Numbered from the stretch's first letter, positions 36,173 to 51,001 are shown. The stretch is DNA of 64,000 bases from Octopus vulgaris (GCA_951406725.2 OX597842.1:5084001-5148000); one strand, 5' to 3'. Numbers and translations are program-made. The notes: generated by a model from the letters alone, not told the origin.

Positions 36173-38311
36173 GGCATTCTGTTGCTTCTGGTCATCCGTA
36201 CAGACAGAAAATGTAAACAACAATACGATAAAAGTAAAATATGTTTTTGATTCGTTCTTTTTTTGTGTATATTCCTTTGTTCTTAAATATTGTGTGTGTA
36301 TATACACATGTTTCGTTCTTTTTTGTGTATATTCATTTTTTTCTTAAATATTGCGTGCGTATACATAAAAGGATTTGTGCGTATGTTTAGTGTAGACACG
36401 GAGAAAGTTTGTAAACAGAAATGAAATCAGTGATTTTTTATTTATTTTTGCAGTGTAGTCCGTCACATTAAATAGTGTGATTTATTTTCACTCTGCACGT
36501 ATATATATATATATGTGTGCTACAAGTATCTATGTATGTATGTCACTGCTTTATAAATTTTGGACGTACTTACTGTCGTTCAACGTTTTCTTTTACCCTC
36601 AACTACACGTGGTGAATTCTTCCATTGTAGATCTGTGGTGGTTATCTTCGTAATATTTTCTCTTTAGTTTCTTTGCCAAATTGATTATACCCTAATCAAA
36701 CCATTTGTTTGTCTACTTGTGAATGTGTCTTTGTTTTAATAACCTTGTATTTTCCTCCTTTCCCTTTTTTATTCCCATATTATATGGAACTTCGGTGGAC
36801 AGCTACTCTAAAACTCCATTGTTTTTCGCCAATATATGTTGCTGAAAAAATCATGTCTGTGTTTGTCCCTCACCACCACTTGACAAGCAGCATTAGTGTG
36901 TTTACATCCCTAAAACATAGTGGTTCGGCAAAAGAAATCGATAAAATAAGTACTAGGCTTTAAAAAATGAGTCTTGTGTTGATTTGTTTGACTCACCCCC
37001 TTCAGAGCAGTGTCCCAGAATAGCCACAGTTAAATGACTGAAACAAGTAATGGATAAAAGAAGTGAACATAAACAACGATTTCAGTGATGAATTTACTGT
37101 GAAGGCATGTGTCCACCAGGGTCCAGTCCTCAGTCCTCTCCAATCCCTCTTAGTCCTATAAGCCATTACAGATGAGTTTAAGACTGTCTGCTGAAGATCT
37201 ACTTCTCATTGCTGAATCTATAGGGGAATTAGAGGGGAATTCCAGACATGGAAGCTAAACCCAGAATCAAGAAGATTTAAGGTAAACCTAGCAAATATGA
37301 AAGTGTTTGTAAGTAGGAAAGAAAACAGGATGCTGGTACCCTCAGGGAAATAGCTTTGTTCAGTATGTAGAAAAGGGATAGGTATAAACTTCTCATGCTG
37401 CACTCAATGTTAGTTAAGAACACACAAGAGATATTGCAGAATCCCAGGCAGGCTACCAGAGAACATAAGCTTCATATGTGATGTATTCACTGGAGTAGTA
37501 TTTTCTATCAACACACCAGAAATAGAATCCCTTGAATGTCTGAATGGCTCACTAAAAGTAGTTGATAGCTTTTGTTACTGAGGTGATGTCCTCGACAGTT
37601 ACTCTGAAAGTATAGTAGCCAGAGTAAAAACAGGTTAGAAAAAGTTCAGGGAACTACTGTCACTGCTGGCAATGGTTTTTTTTTTTTTCTCTCAGAGAGA
37701 AGGACTGATTGTGTGATGTCTGTGTGACAGAACTGGCATGTTCCAATAGATGTAATGTCAGTGTGAATGAAAGTCAAAGAACTACTGAGCTAAAAAAAAA
37801 ACTGGGTTTAAGAGGAATCAGGTATCAGAGAAGATTGCACTGGAATGGGCATGTGATGTGTATGGAAAATAATGGCAAATTATGTGTGAAAGGGGGCAAT
37901 TATACATTGGCTTACTACTTGCTATCCTCCAGGCCAACATCTTTTCCATTTTGAGAAATCTATATATATTGTGAGAGGCAAGATTCTCCATTAATCTCAT
38001 AGCTGTACAACAGATAAATCTTCCTTACTAATGGCAATTGATCTTATTCTTCTATTAACAAACCTAATCATCCATTTCTCTATACTTGAGAAGATAGAAA
38101 TTGCAAAACTATTTGTTCAAAAAATCCAATACTTTTGTACGTTGGGTGCACTGGAAAGCAGCTCCTGGACTGAGAGGCTTTTCTAAATGCCTCACTTTAC
38201 CTAACTTTCACCTAATCATGTTTTTTCACTTTTGTAACTTTTGTTCTCAAACACATTCACTAGATCACTAAACCTAATAGCTTCAGTTTCACACAACTTC
38301 CTTTATATGAG

Positions 38312-38688
38312 TGTAGTGAGGCCTGCTGGAAGTTCCCTCATGCGCATGAGCAGAAAACTAGCAGCAGTGAAATCCCCTCTTTTTGCTGTCTTGAACGCCA
38401 GCAGCTGAACAAGACAGACATGTTTTATCAGCTCTCTCAAGCTGCTACCTCATGGCGTGTCTTCGCTATGCTTGAACGGACAGGATTGGCTCACTCCGCT
38501 TGACTACTGTGATAACCTCTTAGGCTGCCGATTCGCCCAGAGGAAGAAATGTATATATTGCGAATCAAGAAATAAATATTTATACTGTTGAAGTTAATTG
38601 GAATTGTTAACTCTTTCCTTCGATTAATATTTAATGTAAAGGATGCAAGCTGCACCCCTCCAGTGTGGGGACCTCCCATCCTGTTACA
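38312..38688 (+). mobile_element. Solo LTR of a Gypsy-related family
   Basis: TGTAGTGA...ATCCTGTTACA termini match those of the 1623-6842 LTRs; 4-bp TSD TGAG (38308-38311, 38689-38692); internal AATAAA. Confidence 0.85.
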
Positions 38689-38938
38689 TGAGCATCAAAA
38701 TTCTCAAAATACCTTGCCTTTCCTTTAATCTTTCTTTTACTTGTTTCAGCCATTGGACTGCGACCATGTTGAGGCACCACATTGAAGGGCTTAGTTGAAG
38801 AAATTTACCCTTGTACTTATATTGGTAATTATTTTATTTGTCTCTTTGTCCAAATTGCTTATTACAAAGATGTAAACAAACCAACACCAGTTGTTATGCA
38901 GTGAGCATAAGCAATGAACACACACATGCAAACACATA

Positions 38939-39151
38939 CGCGGGGGCACTGAAAAGTTCCTAGCTTTGGGTAAAAGAAAACACAGGACGATCAGTTATGA
39001 TTTTATTCAACATATTCCCCTCTCAGAGTCACACACTTGTTGCTGCAATCTCTCAGTTTTCCTAAGGCCTGTGAAAGAACTCAGAAGATTGGGCCTCCAG
39101 GCAGGCCTTTCGCGACACCCTAAAAGCCAGAAACTTTTCAGCCCCCCTTCA
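38939..39151. mobile_element. mariner-type MITE nested in a SINE
   Basis: TIRs 'cgcgggggcactgaaaagttcctagcttt' and 'aaagccagaaacttttcagccccccttca' with TA flanks. Confidence 0.75.
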
Positions 39152-39479
39152 TATACACAGCAGGCTTCCACACAGATTCCATCAACCAGATTTTACTCAT
39201 GAATCATTGGTCAATCCACAGCTATAGTAGAAGACACTTACTCAAAGTGCCATGCAGTGGGACTGAACCCAAAACTATGTGGCTGCAAAGCACACAGTCA
39301 TGTCTTGCCTATTGACTAATCTTAGCATTTAAACCAGCCACATCTAACCCAAATATTCGACCTGTTTCATTCTCAGACCAGTCAGATCTGGCCTCTCACA
39401 TCGACTTGACAATATCATTCTAAAAACATACAATCATATTATCAAAATGTCAAAGCTATGACATATATGGGAGGGGGAG

Positions 39480-39778
39480 ACCCCAATTCAGTCATGAATG
39501 ACCATGGGATTGCACCTAGAAAGTTACTCTCCGAGGCACAGGTCTGGGCAAGATTGTTTGTGGGAGGCCAGCAGTCACCTATGCGTACCAGCCTCTCCTC
39601 TCCATACCACTGATGTTATCCAGTGATGTCGCAACTCATTTCTACAGCTGAGTTAAATGGAGCAATGTGAAATAAAGTGTCTTGCTCAAGAACACAACAC
39701 ACAGCCTGGTCCGGGAATCAAACTCAACAACCTCATGATCGTAAGCTCAAAGCTCTAACCACTGAGCCATGCACCTTC
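39480..39778 (-). mobile_element. tRNA-headed SINE, third family
   Basis: Minus-strand head 'ggtgcatggctcagtggttagagc..gagtttgattccc' and body 'gttgtgttcttgagcaagacactttatttcacattgctcc'; related tandem copies at ~52845-53360. Confidence 0.7.
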
Positions 39779-40333
39779 AAAAAGGTATGAGATAATGTGT
39801 AATTAATTAAAAACAATGTGAATAAATAATCATCACATTTGACAGAATAATCTGAATGCTTGAGGGTTAGAGTTCAGCTATTGGTCTCTGACCTTACAAC
39901 ACCCACCTTACGTTCCCTGGCTATGTCACCTTCCCCTGCCGCCATTACCACATCACACTTTCTGCTGTTACTCATACTATTTGACTCAACCAACCACAAC
40001 TTGCTTGATTCAAGCAAGACTGGACTGTTGAGAGCAACACATATCTCCCAACTCTTCAATTTTCCTTTTTTTCATTTGGGAAAAGGGGATTTTTTCCTAA
40101 AGTACAGAATCATTAAACAACCGTCTATCTTTTACTTGTTTCAGTCATTAGACTGTGGCCATACTGGGGCACCACCTTAAATAATTTTAGTTGAACCCCA
40201 GTACTTTACTTTTTAAGCCTTGTACTTATTTTATCAACCTGTTTTGCTGAACTGTTAAGCTGTTAAGCTGTGGGGATGTAAACACACCAACACTGGCTTT
40301 CAAGCAATAGTGGAGCTAAATACAAACACAATG

Positions 40334-40364
<31 letters not shown>

Positions 40365-41025
40365 CACATAAATGTGTAATGGTGTTTGTCTGTGTGCATG
40401 TATTTGAGGTTACTTTAACTCCTCCCACACCATTCAACTGATTTTAATGATTTTTGGCACATAGGTAGAGCACATGTCCTGAAGTTCATACAAGGATGGA
40501 ATTTTTCGAAAACTCGATAATGCTCAGTTGGCATTCATTTTTGTGAGCTCAATCAGGCATTTGAATGGAAATTCCCATAATGATGTTATTTTTCCTGCAG
40601 CTTTTGCATTTTTTGTCCAATTTTGATGAAAATCAATGAGTGAGTGAGGCTCATGGCAGTGAGTTGATGTCAGTATATGGCATTGCTAAAAAATCGATAA
40701 TTGTGCCTAAACTGGTTTTATAAAATCAATAAGCGTTTTGCATGCAAATACCCATAGGGATTTTATTTTTGGCCGTAATTTTTATATTTTTCATCTGATT
40801 TTAATGAAATTTGAGATATAGGTAAATTTTGTGGTAGGGGAGAGGCTAAAGGTTTTAATTTAATTCCTCCTCCACCTGCCACACATCCTGCAACAGCCTG
40901 CTGAATCAAATATTACATATTAATGGGTAATAGTTGGCGTGGGGAATGTAGAAGATTTCAATACAAGGTCAGAGGTGGGCTTAACATCAACACAGAAAAC
41001 ATGAGCAATGTTGGGTCCAACAGCT

Positions 41026-41027
<2 letters not shown>
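40365..41027 (+). mobile_element. Degenerate non-autonomous Helitron-like element
   Basis: 5' 'taactcctcccaca' and 3' 'gagcaatgttggg..CTGG|T' parallel the cleaner copy at 60418-60724. Confidence 0.5.
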
Positions 41028-41060
<33 letters not shown>

Positions 41061-41471
41061 CACAGATGAAATCCAGAAATTCTCCATATGGTAGTACTCA
41101 AAAGATTCAAACTTAGAGTCCGATGTCTTTACAGAGGATCAATTCCACAAATAAAGAAAGGCTATAAGGAGGTAAGGGGGATCAGGGTGTGTGGGTAGAG
41201 AGGCAATTTACTTTATCTCCTTTTGCAAAATATGAATATATGTATATTCATATTTTGTATTTCACACCCAAACTATTATATTTAATATATTTAATGTATC
41301 TAACTTATTTTTCCACAGAGTTAGCTGATATAGAAGCGAGTATGATGACTGTTCTCTATTGTCAGAGGTGAATTGACACATCCGGTTTGCGGTTGCTGTG
41401 AAAAGGTAGTGAAACAAAAAGGGCATGTATTTGCAAGAAATGAAATTACTTTCTTGCCAACCCAATGTATA

Positions 41472-41502
<31 letters not shown>

Positions 41503-41748
41503 ATCACGTGATCACGTGACCGACCAGACCATCAGATGTTGTTACACATCGCTAGTCACAATGCGTTCGCATTGTTTTAGCCTTCGAATGACGCCACCCT
41601 GCTGGCTAAGCGAGCAGGCCAACAGAAGAAAGAGTGGTGAAAGAGTACAGCAGGGATCACCATCCCCTGCCAGAGCGTCGTGGAGCTTTTAGGAGTTTTT
41701 GCTCAATAAACACTCACAACGCCCGGTCTGGGAATCGAAACCACGATC

Positions 41749-41784
<36 letters not shown>

Positions 41785-41787
41785 AAA

Positions 41788-42200
41788 TAAAAAGTAAAGG
41801 AGTCAAAAGGAAGAGTAAATATGGTTAGGCAGCTTTTTAATCACTACATATGTTTCAATGCATACAGATCCTCGTATATACAGGATTTAAAGTTTAAATT
41901 AAATTATTTAATGATTTACCTTCATAAGAAGATCTATATGTATCTCCTCAGGCAATACTCAGTTGCTGTCTCCGTAAGTAAAGAAGAAGCCATGGATGTT
42001 GTAGCATGGAAATCTAGATTTACAACTGAGTATCGCCTGAGGAGATACATATAGATCTTCTTATGAAGGTAAATCATTAAATAATTTAATTTAAACTTTA
42101 AATCCTGTATATACGAGGATCTGTATACATTGAAACATTTGTAGTGATTAAAAAGCTGCCTAACCATATTTACTCTTCCTTTTGACTCCTTTACTTTTTA
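41788..42200. repeat. 178-bp near-perfect inverted repeat with a hammerhead motif in each arm (Penelope-type inverted pLTR)
   Basis: Arms 41788-41965 and 42023-42200, about 3 mismatches, 57-bp spacer. Confidence 0.9.
42032..42148 (+). ncRNA. Type I hammerhead ribozyme motif with an 88-nt stem II; mirror copy at 41840-41956 on the minus strand
   Basis: ATCGC-CTGAGGA(42037-42043)-[GATACATATAGATCTTC...GAGGATCTGTATACATT]-GAAA(42132-42135)-CATTTG-TA-GTGAT. The minus copy has a perfect palindromic stem III ACATATGT. Confidence 0.72.
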
Positions 42201-42577
42201 CTTTTTACTTTTTATTTTCACACACAATTCTAAGACTAGAATTGGTAGCATACCATAAGAATACTACTAGCTATTTAGGAATTCTAAGGGTGAACAAACT
42301 CTATTTGTACTCTTATATGTTTTCAACAGAACACACCTCACAGTGTACATTTAAACACTTTAAATGAAAATAAAAACATTTCATTCCCTTTGAGAATTTA
42401 TCCCTAATTAGTGGTTTGGACTTTAGCTGTTCTTTCTAGCATAAACGATTCCTATGATGGAAATTTCTTAATGTGTTTAAATGTACATTATATTTATATA
42501 TAGTCTATTGACTAATTTTTCTATTCGCTAGGCCACTGGTTGTAAAAATTTCTAAAATCTTTATTACCCTGATATTA

Positions 42578-42626
<49 letters not shown>

Positions 42627-42979
42627 ATAGCCCAGTGGTTAGGGCAGCAGACTCGCGGTCTTAGGATCGCGGTTTCGATTCCCAGACCAGGCGTTGTGAG
42701 TGTTTATTGAGCGAAAACACCTAAAGCTCCACAAGGCTCCGGCAGGGATGGTGGTGATCCCTGCTGTACTCTTTCACCACAACAAATGGCGGTGCCCCAG
42801 CATGGCCACAGCTCGTGAGCTGAAACTAGAATCAATCAATCAATCATATCTATCTACCTATCTATCTATTGACCTGTCTTTCTACCTATCTGTCTATCTA
42901 TTTATCTATGTATCTATCTGTCTGCTTCTCAGTCTGTCTATATTTCTGTCTATCTATCAACCTGCTAATATATATATAT

Positions 42980-43957
42980 TGTTACGAACCTGCCATCGCT
43001 CAACTCGAACCCGGCACCCTACTAAGTCGAGCGATGACAACAGACCAGGCTCAGTCGAACGGGAATCCGCCACACAGAGAAAACGGTGGTGGGGATGGCA
43101 GTGAACTCGAACCGGAGATAACAACAACAACAACAGGAAGAGAGAGACACGACGGAAGGCAGTAGCTTACATTTAAGAACAGTTTATACAATTATTACAA
43201 CATCAAATAAAACGTAATACATATCAGATACATTAAAGAAAATAACATGCAACAGAATTAAAAAGAAAAACAACCAATGCATTTAAACATAACACGACGT
43301 TCGAAAACAATCAAAACATTAATGTTCATCGCAATATAGAGTTCGAAACAGTTCAAATTAAAGTCTTTCTCTTTCCTTCTCTTTCTCTTTCTTTAACACA
43401 ATGTTCTTTTCCTTTCTTTTCTTCCTCTTTTCCACAATTCACAGTTCTCTTTTTTTCAACAGATTACAGTTTACGTCATAATCTCGTTTCTTTTACATTT
43501 CACATCAAAAACATAAACAAAACATACCGCATGTTTCCTCGTTTACAAACTCCTACCACAAGCATTCTAGCCTTCTTGCCGTAATCTCCCTCACTTCCTC
43601 AATCCTCTGTGTCTGTCTTTCTCGCCACCCTTGTCATCCTTGTCATTGCCTCTCGCCTGACAGCTCTCACATTCACTGTCTCTGCCCAAACTGACCAACC
43701 CAGGCCAACTCTCTCTCTCGCCAACTGATCATGATGCCAACTGATCAATAAACCAACAGCTCCCGCATTTTAAAGGGTGGTAGATTTATTTTTTTCTTAA
43801 ACTTTCCCTGACCGTATAGGGTCAGATGTCTCTTCCAAACTCATTAATTTCCCTACAAAAATGACAGAACAAAGCCAATAACCTGCCTCCCTAGTCAAGC
43901 TGGCACCAAACCACAAAACTGGGTCATAGCACTCTTTTTCCGAATGACCCCGTATCA
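42980..43957. mobile_element. Probable ~1-kb solo LTR
   Basis: TGTTACG...CGTATCA inverted termini, flanks ATAT/ATAA within a TA tract, non-coding and CpG-retaining interior. Confidence 0.55.
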
Positions 43958-44789
43958 ATAAATATATATACATATATATTTGCTCGATTTGCTCGATTTG
44001 CTCGACTAAAGGCGGTGCTCCAGCATGGCCGCAGTCAAATGACTGAAACAAGTAAAGAGTAAAGAGTAGAGTAAAGAGTATACATACACACATATATACT
44101 TATGTATAAAACCTTTTTTATGTTTTCCAAATCTCATTGTTGCCTGTTTGTTTCTATTTCAGTTGGTTTCCTACTGATGCTGTTGTGACACCTGACAAAG
44201 TGTGGGACTTATAAATATATAAACACACACACACACGCACACACACGTACACACACACACACGCACACACACGTACACACACACACGCGCGCACACACAA
44301 GTAAATATACATAGCTTGATAGATAAATTGAGAGATACAGAGATACATAAATAGATGTGTATTACAGACAGATAGACAGACAGACAGACAGACAGATAGA
44401 TAGACAGACATATCGGCAGACAGCTAGATAGATAAAATGACAGACAGACAGATTAGCAGATTGATAGATAGACAGAAATATAGACAGACTGACAAACAGA
44501 CAGGTCAACAGATAGATAGGTAGATAGATATGCATATATAGAAAGAGACAATCTGACTGATAGACAGACTGATAGAAGTGACAAACAGATTAATAGTAAA
44601 GACAGATAGAAATAGGGAAGAAGGAGGAGAGAGAGAAGCTAAAGCATATATCTGGAAAGGAGTCAGGGGATGGGGGGAAGTCTTTATTTCAACACTAACC
44701 ATGGTTAGTGGGGGAGGTGAATGAGAAACAGGGGAGTCATATCACTTTTGCAGCAATTGGCTCCAGAGTGAGTTGGGACCGGGACCACT

Positions 44790-46191
44790 ATGGATGGAGA
44801 CTATGATGATGATGATTTCTGGGAGACTGGGATATCACGGCCACTGAAGAGGAGTGACAGCCATGTTTCTGCAGGCAACATCTATGGAAAACTTGATGGT
44901 AGTGGGGATGTTGATGTTGGTACTGTTGATGGGGGTACTGGACCTGGTGGTGGTGGTGGAAGTGGTGTGGGTAGTATAGGTGGTGACACCAGTGGTGGTG
45001 GTATCGTTATGGAATTGACAGCAGCAACAGGATCTGAGCAACCAGGTGCCTCTGCGTTCCAGAGGAAGGCCAAGCTGCGCAAGTCAGTGATGTTCAGTGA
45101 TGACACCTGGCCCATCATGTCCCCAACGGGGAGGCACAGCCCTGGCAAACACAGTGGGGAGGAGGAGGAAGACGGTGTTGATACTGAGATGGCAGCTTCT
45201 GGCTGGGCTGCTGTAACAACAACAACAACATCAATGACTGCAGTGACACATTCTTCAGTTGGTTTGTCAGGAACTGGTAGAAAGAAGCGGGAAATTATGA
45301 CAGGAAAAGCAGCTAGAGTTTCAAGTGACTTTGATGGTGGTAGTCGTAGTGGTGGTGGTGGTGGTGGTGCTAGCAACAGTGGTACTAGTGGTACAAGCAT
45401 ATTTGGTAGTAGTAGTTGTGATAGTAATCACAGTATTAGTAGAAGCAACAGCAGCTGTAGCAGCAGTAGCAGTGGTAGTAGTAATTATAGTAGTAGCAGC
45501 AGCAGTAGTAGTAGTAGTAGTACTTGTCGGTGCAGCAATGGTAGTAGTGATAGTGGAGGAGGTGGCAAAGGTGTTGATGATGACAATAATAACGATGATG
45601 ACGATAATCACAGTGATGTTGATGTTGAAGGTGGTGGCGATGATGATGGTAGCGACTCCGATGGCAGAGATATGATCTTGGAGCTACAGCGCCTCCATCA
45701 ACAGCAACATTCGCCAAGGAGAAAGAAGACAACTAGCAAGCAAGAGGAGGAGGAAGATGAGGAGGGGGCAGCTAAGAGCAGTAGGAGTAATAATAGCAGT
45801 AGAAGTAGCAGACAGATGAGGAGAAGACACAGTAGTCAAAGTGGACGTCAGAAGCTGGAGGAGACACTTACAGTTGATTCCCTGCTGGAGGGTCACTATG
45901 GTCAGCTGGTCAAGTTGTGTTTAGAAGAGATCAAAGTGGACGATGAAGCCAGCCGGAGGCACATCCATGCCCGACAGATGGAGCAGTTGTATAGCACATA
46001 CATTGCTGTCGGCAACAAACAACTAGCCCTCACCCCAGTTGCTCTCTACCCACACGGCTGGCCTCGGTATGTGACACGCAGGCTCTTCTACCCACCTCCT
46101 TCATCTGCTACACCCTCAATGGTGCAGTGGGAATGCAGCAGACGAGGTGAGAGTGGGAGCAGTACTACTGCATTTTCAACAGCTTGTTCCA
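44790..46191 (+). CDS. Coding exon 1 of an uncharacterised ~889-aa protein (Ser/Gly/Asp low-complexity N-half plus a conserved-looking motif)
   Basis: Long open frame with an in-frame upstream TGA at 44769, acceptor ttttgcag ending 44753 and donor A|GTAAGT at 46191/46192 (phase 1). Complex motif 'HARQMEQLYSTY..LTPVALYPHGWPRYVTRRLFYPPP'. Confidence 0.8.
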
Positions 46192-46227
46192 GTAAGTATA
46201 TGTTGTTATTATTATTATTATTATTAT

Positions 46228-48258
46228 TTTTCCTTCTTTCTTCAAATTTTCTTCCGTTTCTCGCCGAGTGTTTTCTGTACACTTAGGGCAGAGAAGATGA
46301 TTGTATGCATTCCCAGATTACACTTGCAAATTCATAGGTAAAATATGTATTTAAAAATTAATGAATAAATAAATTCATGAATGGAAGTTGTTTTCACATC
46401 GATAATGCTCTTCTCAGTACAAGAGCTGTTCCTGTCAACATGATCTTTTGCACTTCCTGTAGGGATGGTAAGCCTGGTATCATTTTCAAATAGGTTTCAG
46501 TACCTTTTCTTATCATTCCCAGAGATCCCACAATCACTGGTACTGTAGTCGCCCTGAGATGCCACATTTTTTCAATTTCCATTAGCAAGTCCTTATATTT
46601 ACTAATCTTGTCAAATTCTTTTGCTGCTATATTGTGGTCACAGGGAATACTCATGTCAATTAATAAACACATCCTTTTTGTCTGATCTTTTATAATGATA
46701 TCCGGTTTATTGGCTTTTATAGTCCTGTCGGTCTGCACGGGAAAGTCCCATAGAATCGACACATTTTCTCCCTCAGTCACAGCTTCAGGATGGTGTTTAT
46801 TCCATTTGTCAGCTGTTTTGATTTTATAATGCCGACATATTGTCCAGTGTAAATACTGGCTGACTCTGTCATGTCTTGCTTTATATTCTACAGGTGCTAA
46901 GACTCTACACCCTGAGATTAGGTGGTCTATTGTTTCAATCTCATCGTTACAGAATCAGCATTTTGGGTCAGCTCCATTTTTTATCACATTGGCTTGGTAG
47001 TTCCGGGTTAATAAGCATTGGTCTTGAGCAGCTAATATGAAACCTTCACTCTCCGCTTTTAGCCCTGAGGTTTGTAACCATTGGTGCCTGTTTTTCTGGT
47101 CAACATCAGCTCGTTTGCTACGGGCCACATACTTGCCATGCAGAGGTTTCTGTTCCCATCTGCTAGCTAATTTTTCATGCGCTTTTGTCTTTGCAATCAA
47201 TTTTCTTTTCTTTGCAGCGGCAGTTGGTGCATTTCCTTCAGCCTGATCGATCTGGTAGGTATCTAAGAAATCAGTAGCGAATTTTTTTGCTCTCTTTCAG
47301 AATAGAGTGAACTTTTTTCAGTCTTTCATGTTTTTCAACAAGTTTTAGCATCCAATTGTTTGTTGCTTCAAGGTATTTGGCCAGTCCGATTGTGGTGGTT
47401 TTGTACGTAAGTTCAAGCTGGATCAAACCTCATCCTTCTTGAGCTCTGGGAAGGTAAAGATGATCCATGTCTGCCTTTAGATGGTGCATCTTATAACAAG
47501 TCAGTAGGTTGCGGATTTTTCTGTCAAGTTTCATTATTTCACTGGTATTCCAGTTAAGCACATTGAAGCTATAAAGTACAACTGGTACTGCTAAAGAAAT
47601 TATGGCTAACACCTTATTATATGCATTCAGCTCAGACTTCAGGATTGCTCGAACTCTTCTATAACATTCCTTCCTAACCTTCTCTTTCATGCTTGCATGC
47701 TGGATACCAGAGCCTTCATTTATTCCTAGGTATTACTAGGTTTGTTCCTGCTCAAGTTCCTTTATTACTGTTTCGACATCTAATTTGATTGAACTAGACT
47801 TTACCAATTTCCCTTTCTTCAAAGTGGCTTTGGCATACTTTTCAAGGCCAAACTCCATCCTGATATCATCACTGAATCCTTTCACAGTATGTAAGAGTCC
47901 GTCAAGCTCTTCATCATCTTTGTCATATAGTTTTGAGTCATCCATATAAAATAGATGGCTTATTTTCTTGTTGTCAATTTTGTAGCCATACCCTGTCCTA
48001 TTCAGTTCACTTGAGAGTGGTATTAGTGCTATGCAGAAAATTAGTGGTGAAAGTGAGTCACCTTGGAAAATGCCACAGTTTATGCTAATATTGTTTGAGC
48101 ACAATACTCCATTAGAATGATATAATTGGAGCTTCGTGTTCCATAGTGACATATTATACTTTAAAAAATCTGAAATCACAGGAGAAATTTTGAAAATGTC
48201 CAGCGATTTCAGAATCCACGAATGTGGTATGCTGTTAAAGGCTTTTTTGTAATCAATT
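46228..48258 (-). mobile_element. 5'-truncated R4/Dong-type non-LTR retrotransposon inserted in (TAA)n
   Basis: RT 'IDYKKAFNSIPHSWI','GIFQGDSLSPL','HLFYMDD'; CCHC 'KC*FC..ETIDHLISGC'; RLE 'NKPDIII..LIDMSIP..KISKY'. (TTA)n lies on both sides. Confidence 0.9.
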
Positions 48259-48491
48259 AATTATTATTATTATTATTATTATTATTAAGGTAGCGGACTT
48301 GCAAAATTGTTAACACGCTGGATGAAATGCAGTATTTCGCATGTTCTGAGTTCAAATTCCACTGAGGTCAACTTTGTCTTTCATCCTTTCGGGGTCGATA
48401 AAATAAGTACCAGTTGAATACTGGGGTCAATGTAATTAATACATCCCCTCTCCCAAAATTGCTATACTTGTGGCAAAATTTGAAACCATTA

Positions 48492-48530
<39 letters not shown>

Positions 48531-48532
<2 letters not shown>

Positions 48533-49096
48533 GGGTTGTCCGGAAAGTTTGTGCCAATTTTCAAAGGAAAGAAAAATGTCAATAAATACCTGCCATTACA
48601 TTTTCAATCAACCAAATATGAACCATTTTGTTGCACAATGCATCTCCATCTTTTCTTTAACTTGAAAATACCCTCTTCCCAGAATTGAGGTGGTTTCATG
48701 GCAAAGAATTCATCAAGGTATCTTTTTACGTCATCCAAGGAATTTAAATTTTTACCATTAAGACTATTCTGCAGAGACCTGAATAAGTGGAAATCCGAAG
48801 GAGCAATATCTGGTGAATATAGAGGGTGGGGTAACACATCCCAGCCAAGCTACAGCAATTTTTGTCTGATTCCCAAAGCATCAAGTGCCGAAAATGAACT
48901 TTCTTATCTTCCATTTTAAAGGATTACAGAATTAACACACGTTATAGGAACATAAACCTTCTTCCTTGAAAAGATAGCTTAAACTGTGCTCTAAATGGAG
49001 GTGTAGTCAAATCCTATTTTATGGACTCAACCATGTTCTAAAATAAGTCAAAAGGTAAGCTACTATAAATCGGTACAAACTTTCCGGACAACCCAA
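48531..49096 (-). mobile_element. Internally deleted mariner, same family as 23323-24556
   Basis: Same TIRs with TA flanks; only the N-terminal start and the C-terminal 'YSPDIAPSDFHLF' segment remain. Confidence 0.92.
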
Positions 49097-50777
<1,681 letters not shown>

Positions 50778-51001
50778 TAAGGTGCCATGTAATGTGACTG
50801 AACCTAGAACTGTGTAGTTGGAAAACAAACTTCTTACCAAACAGCCATGCTTATATATATACATACACATGCATGCACCCATTCTTACACATATACACAC
50901 ATACTTATACAACCACACACACACACATGCACAAACACACACAGACACACACATACCTGTGCTTACACACACATAACTTTATTATATCTCTTATTTTCCA
51001 G

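Larger units (their letters stand above)
32105..36470 (-). mobile_element. Near full-length CR1/L2-group LINE with a (TTA)n tail
   Basis: ORF1 followed by ORF2 (APE endonuclease and RT), a short 3' UTR and a (TTA)n tail at ~32105-32122. The 5' boundary is approximate. Confidence 0.88.
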
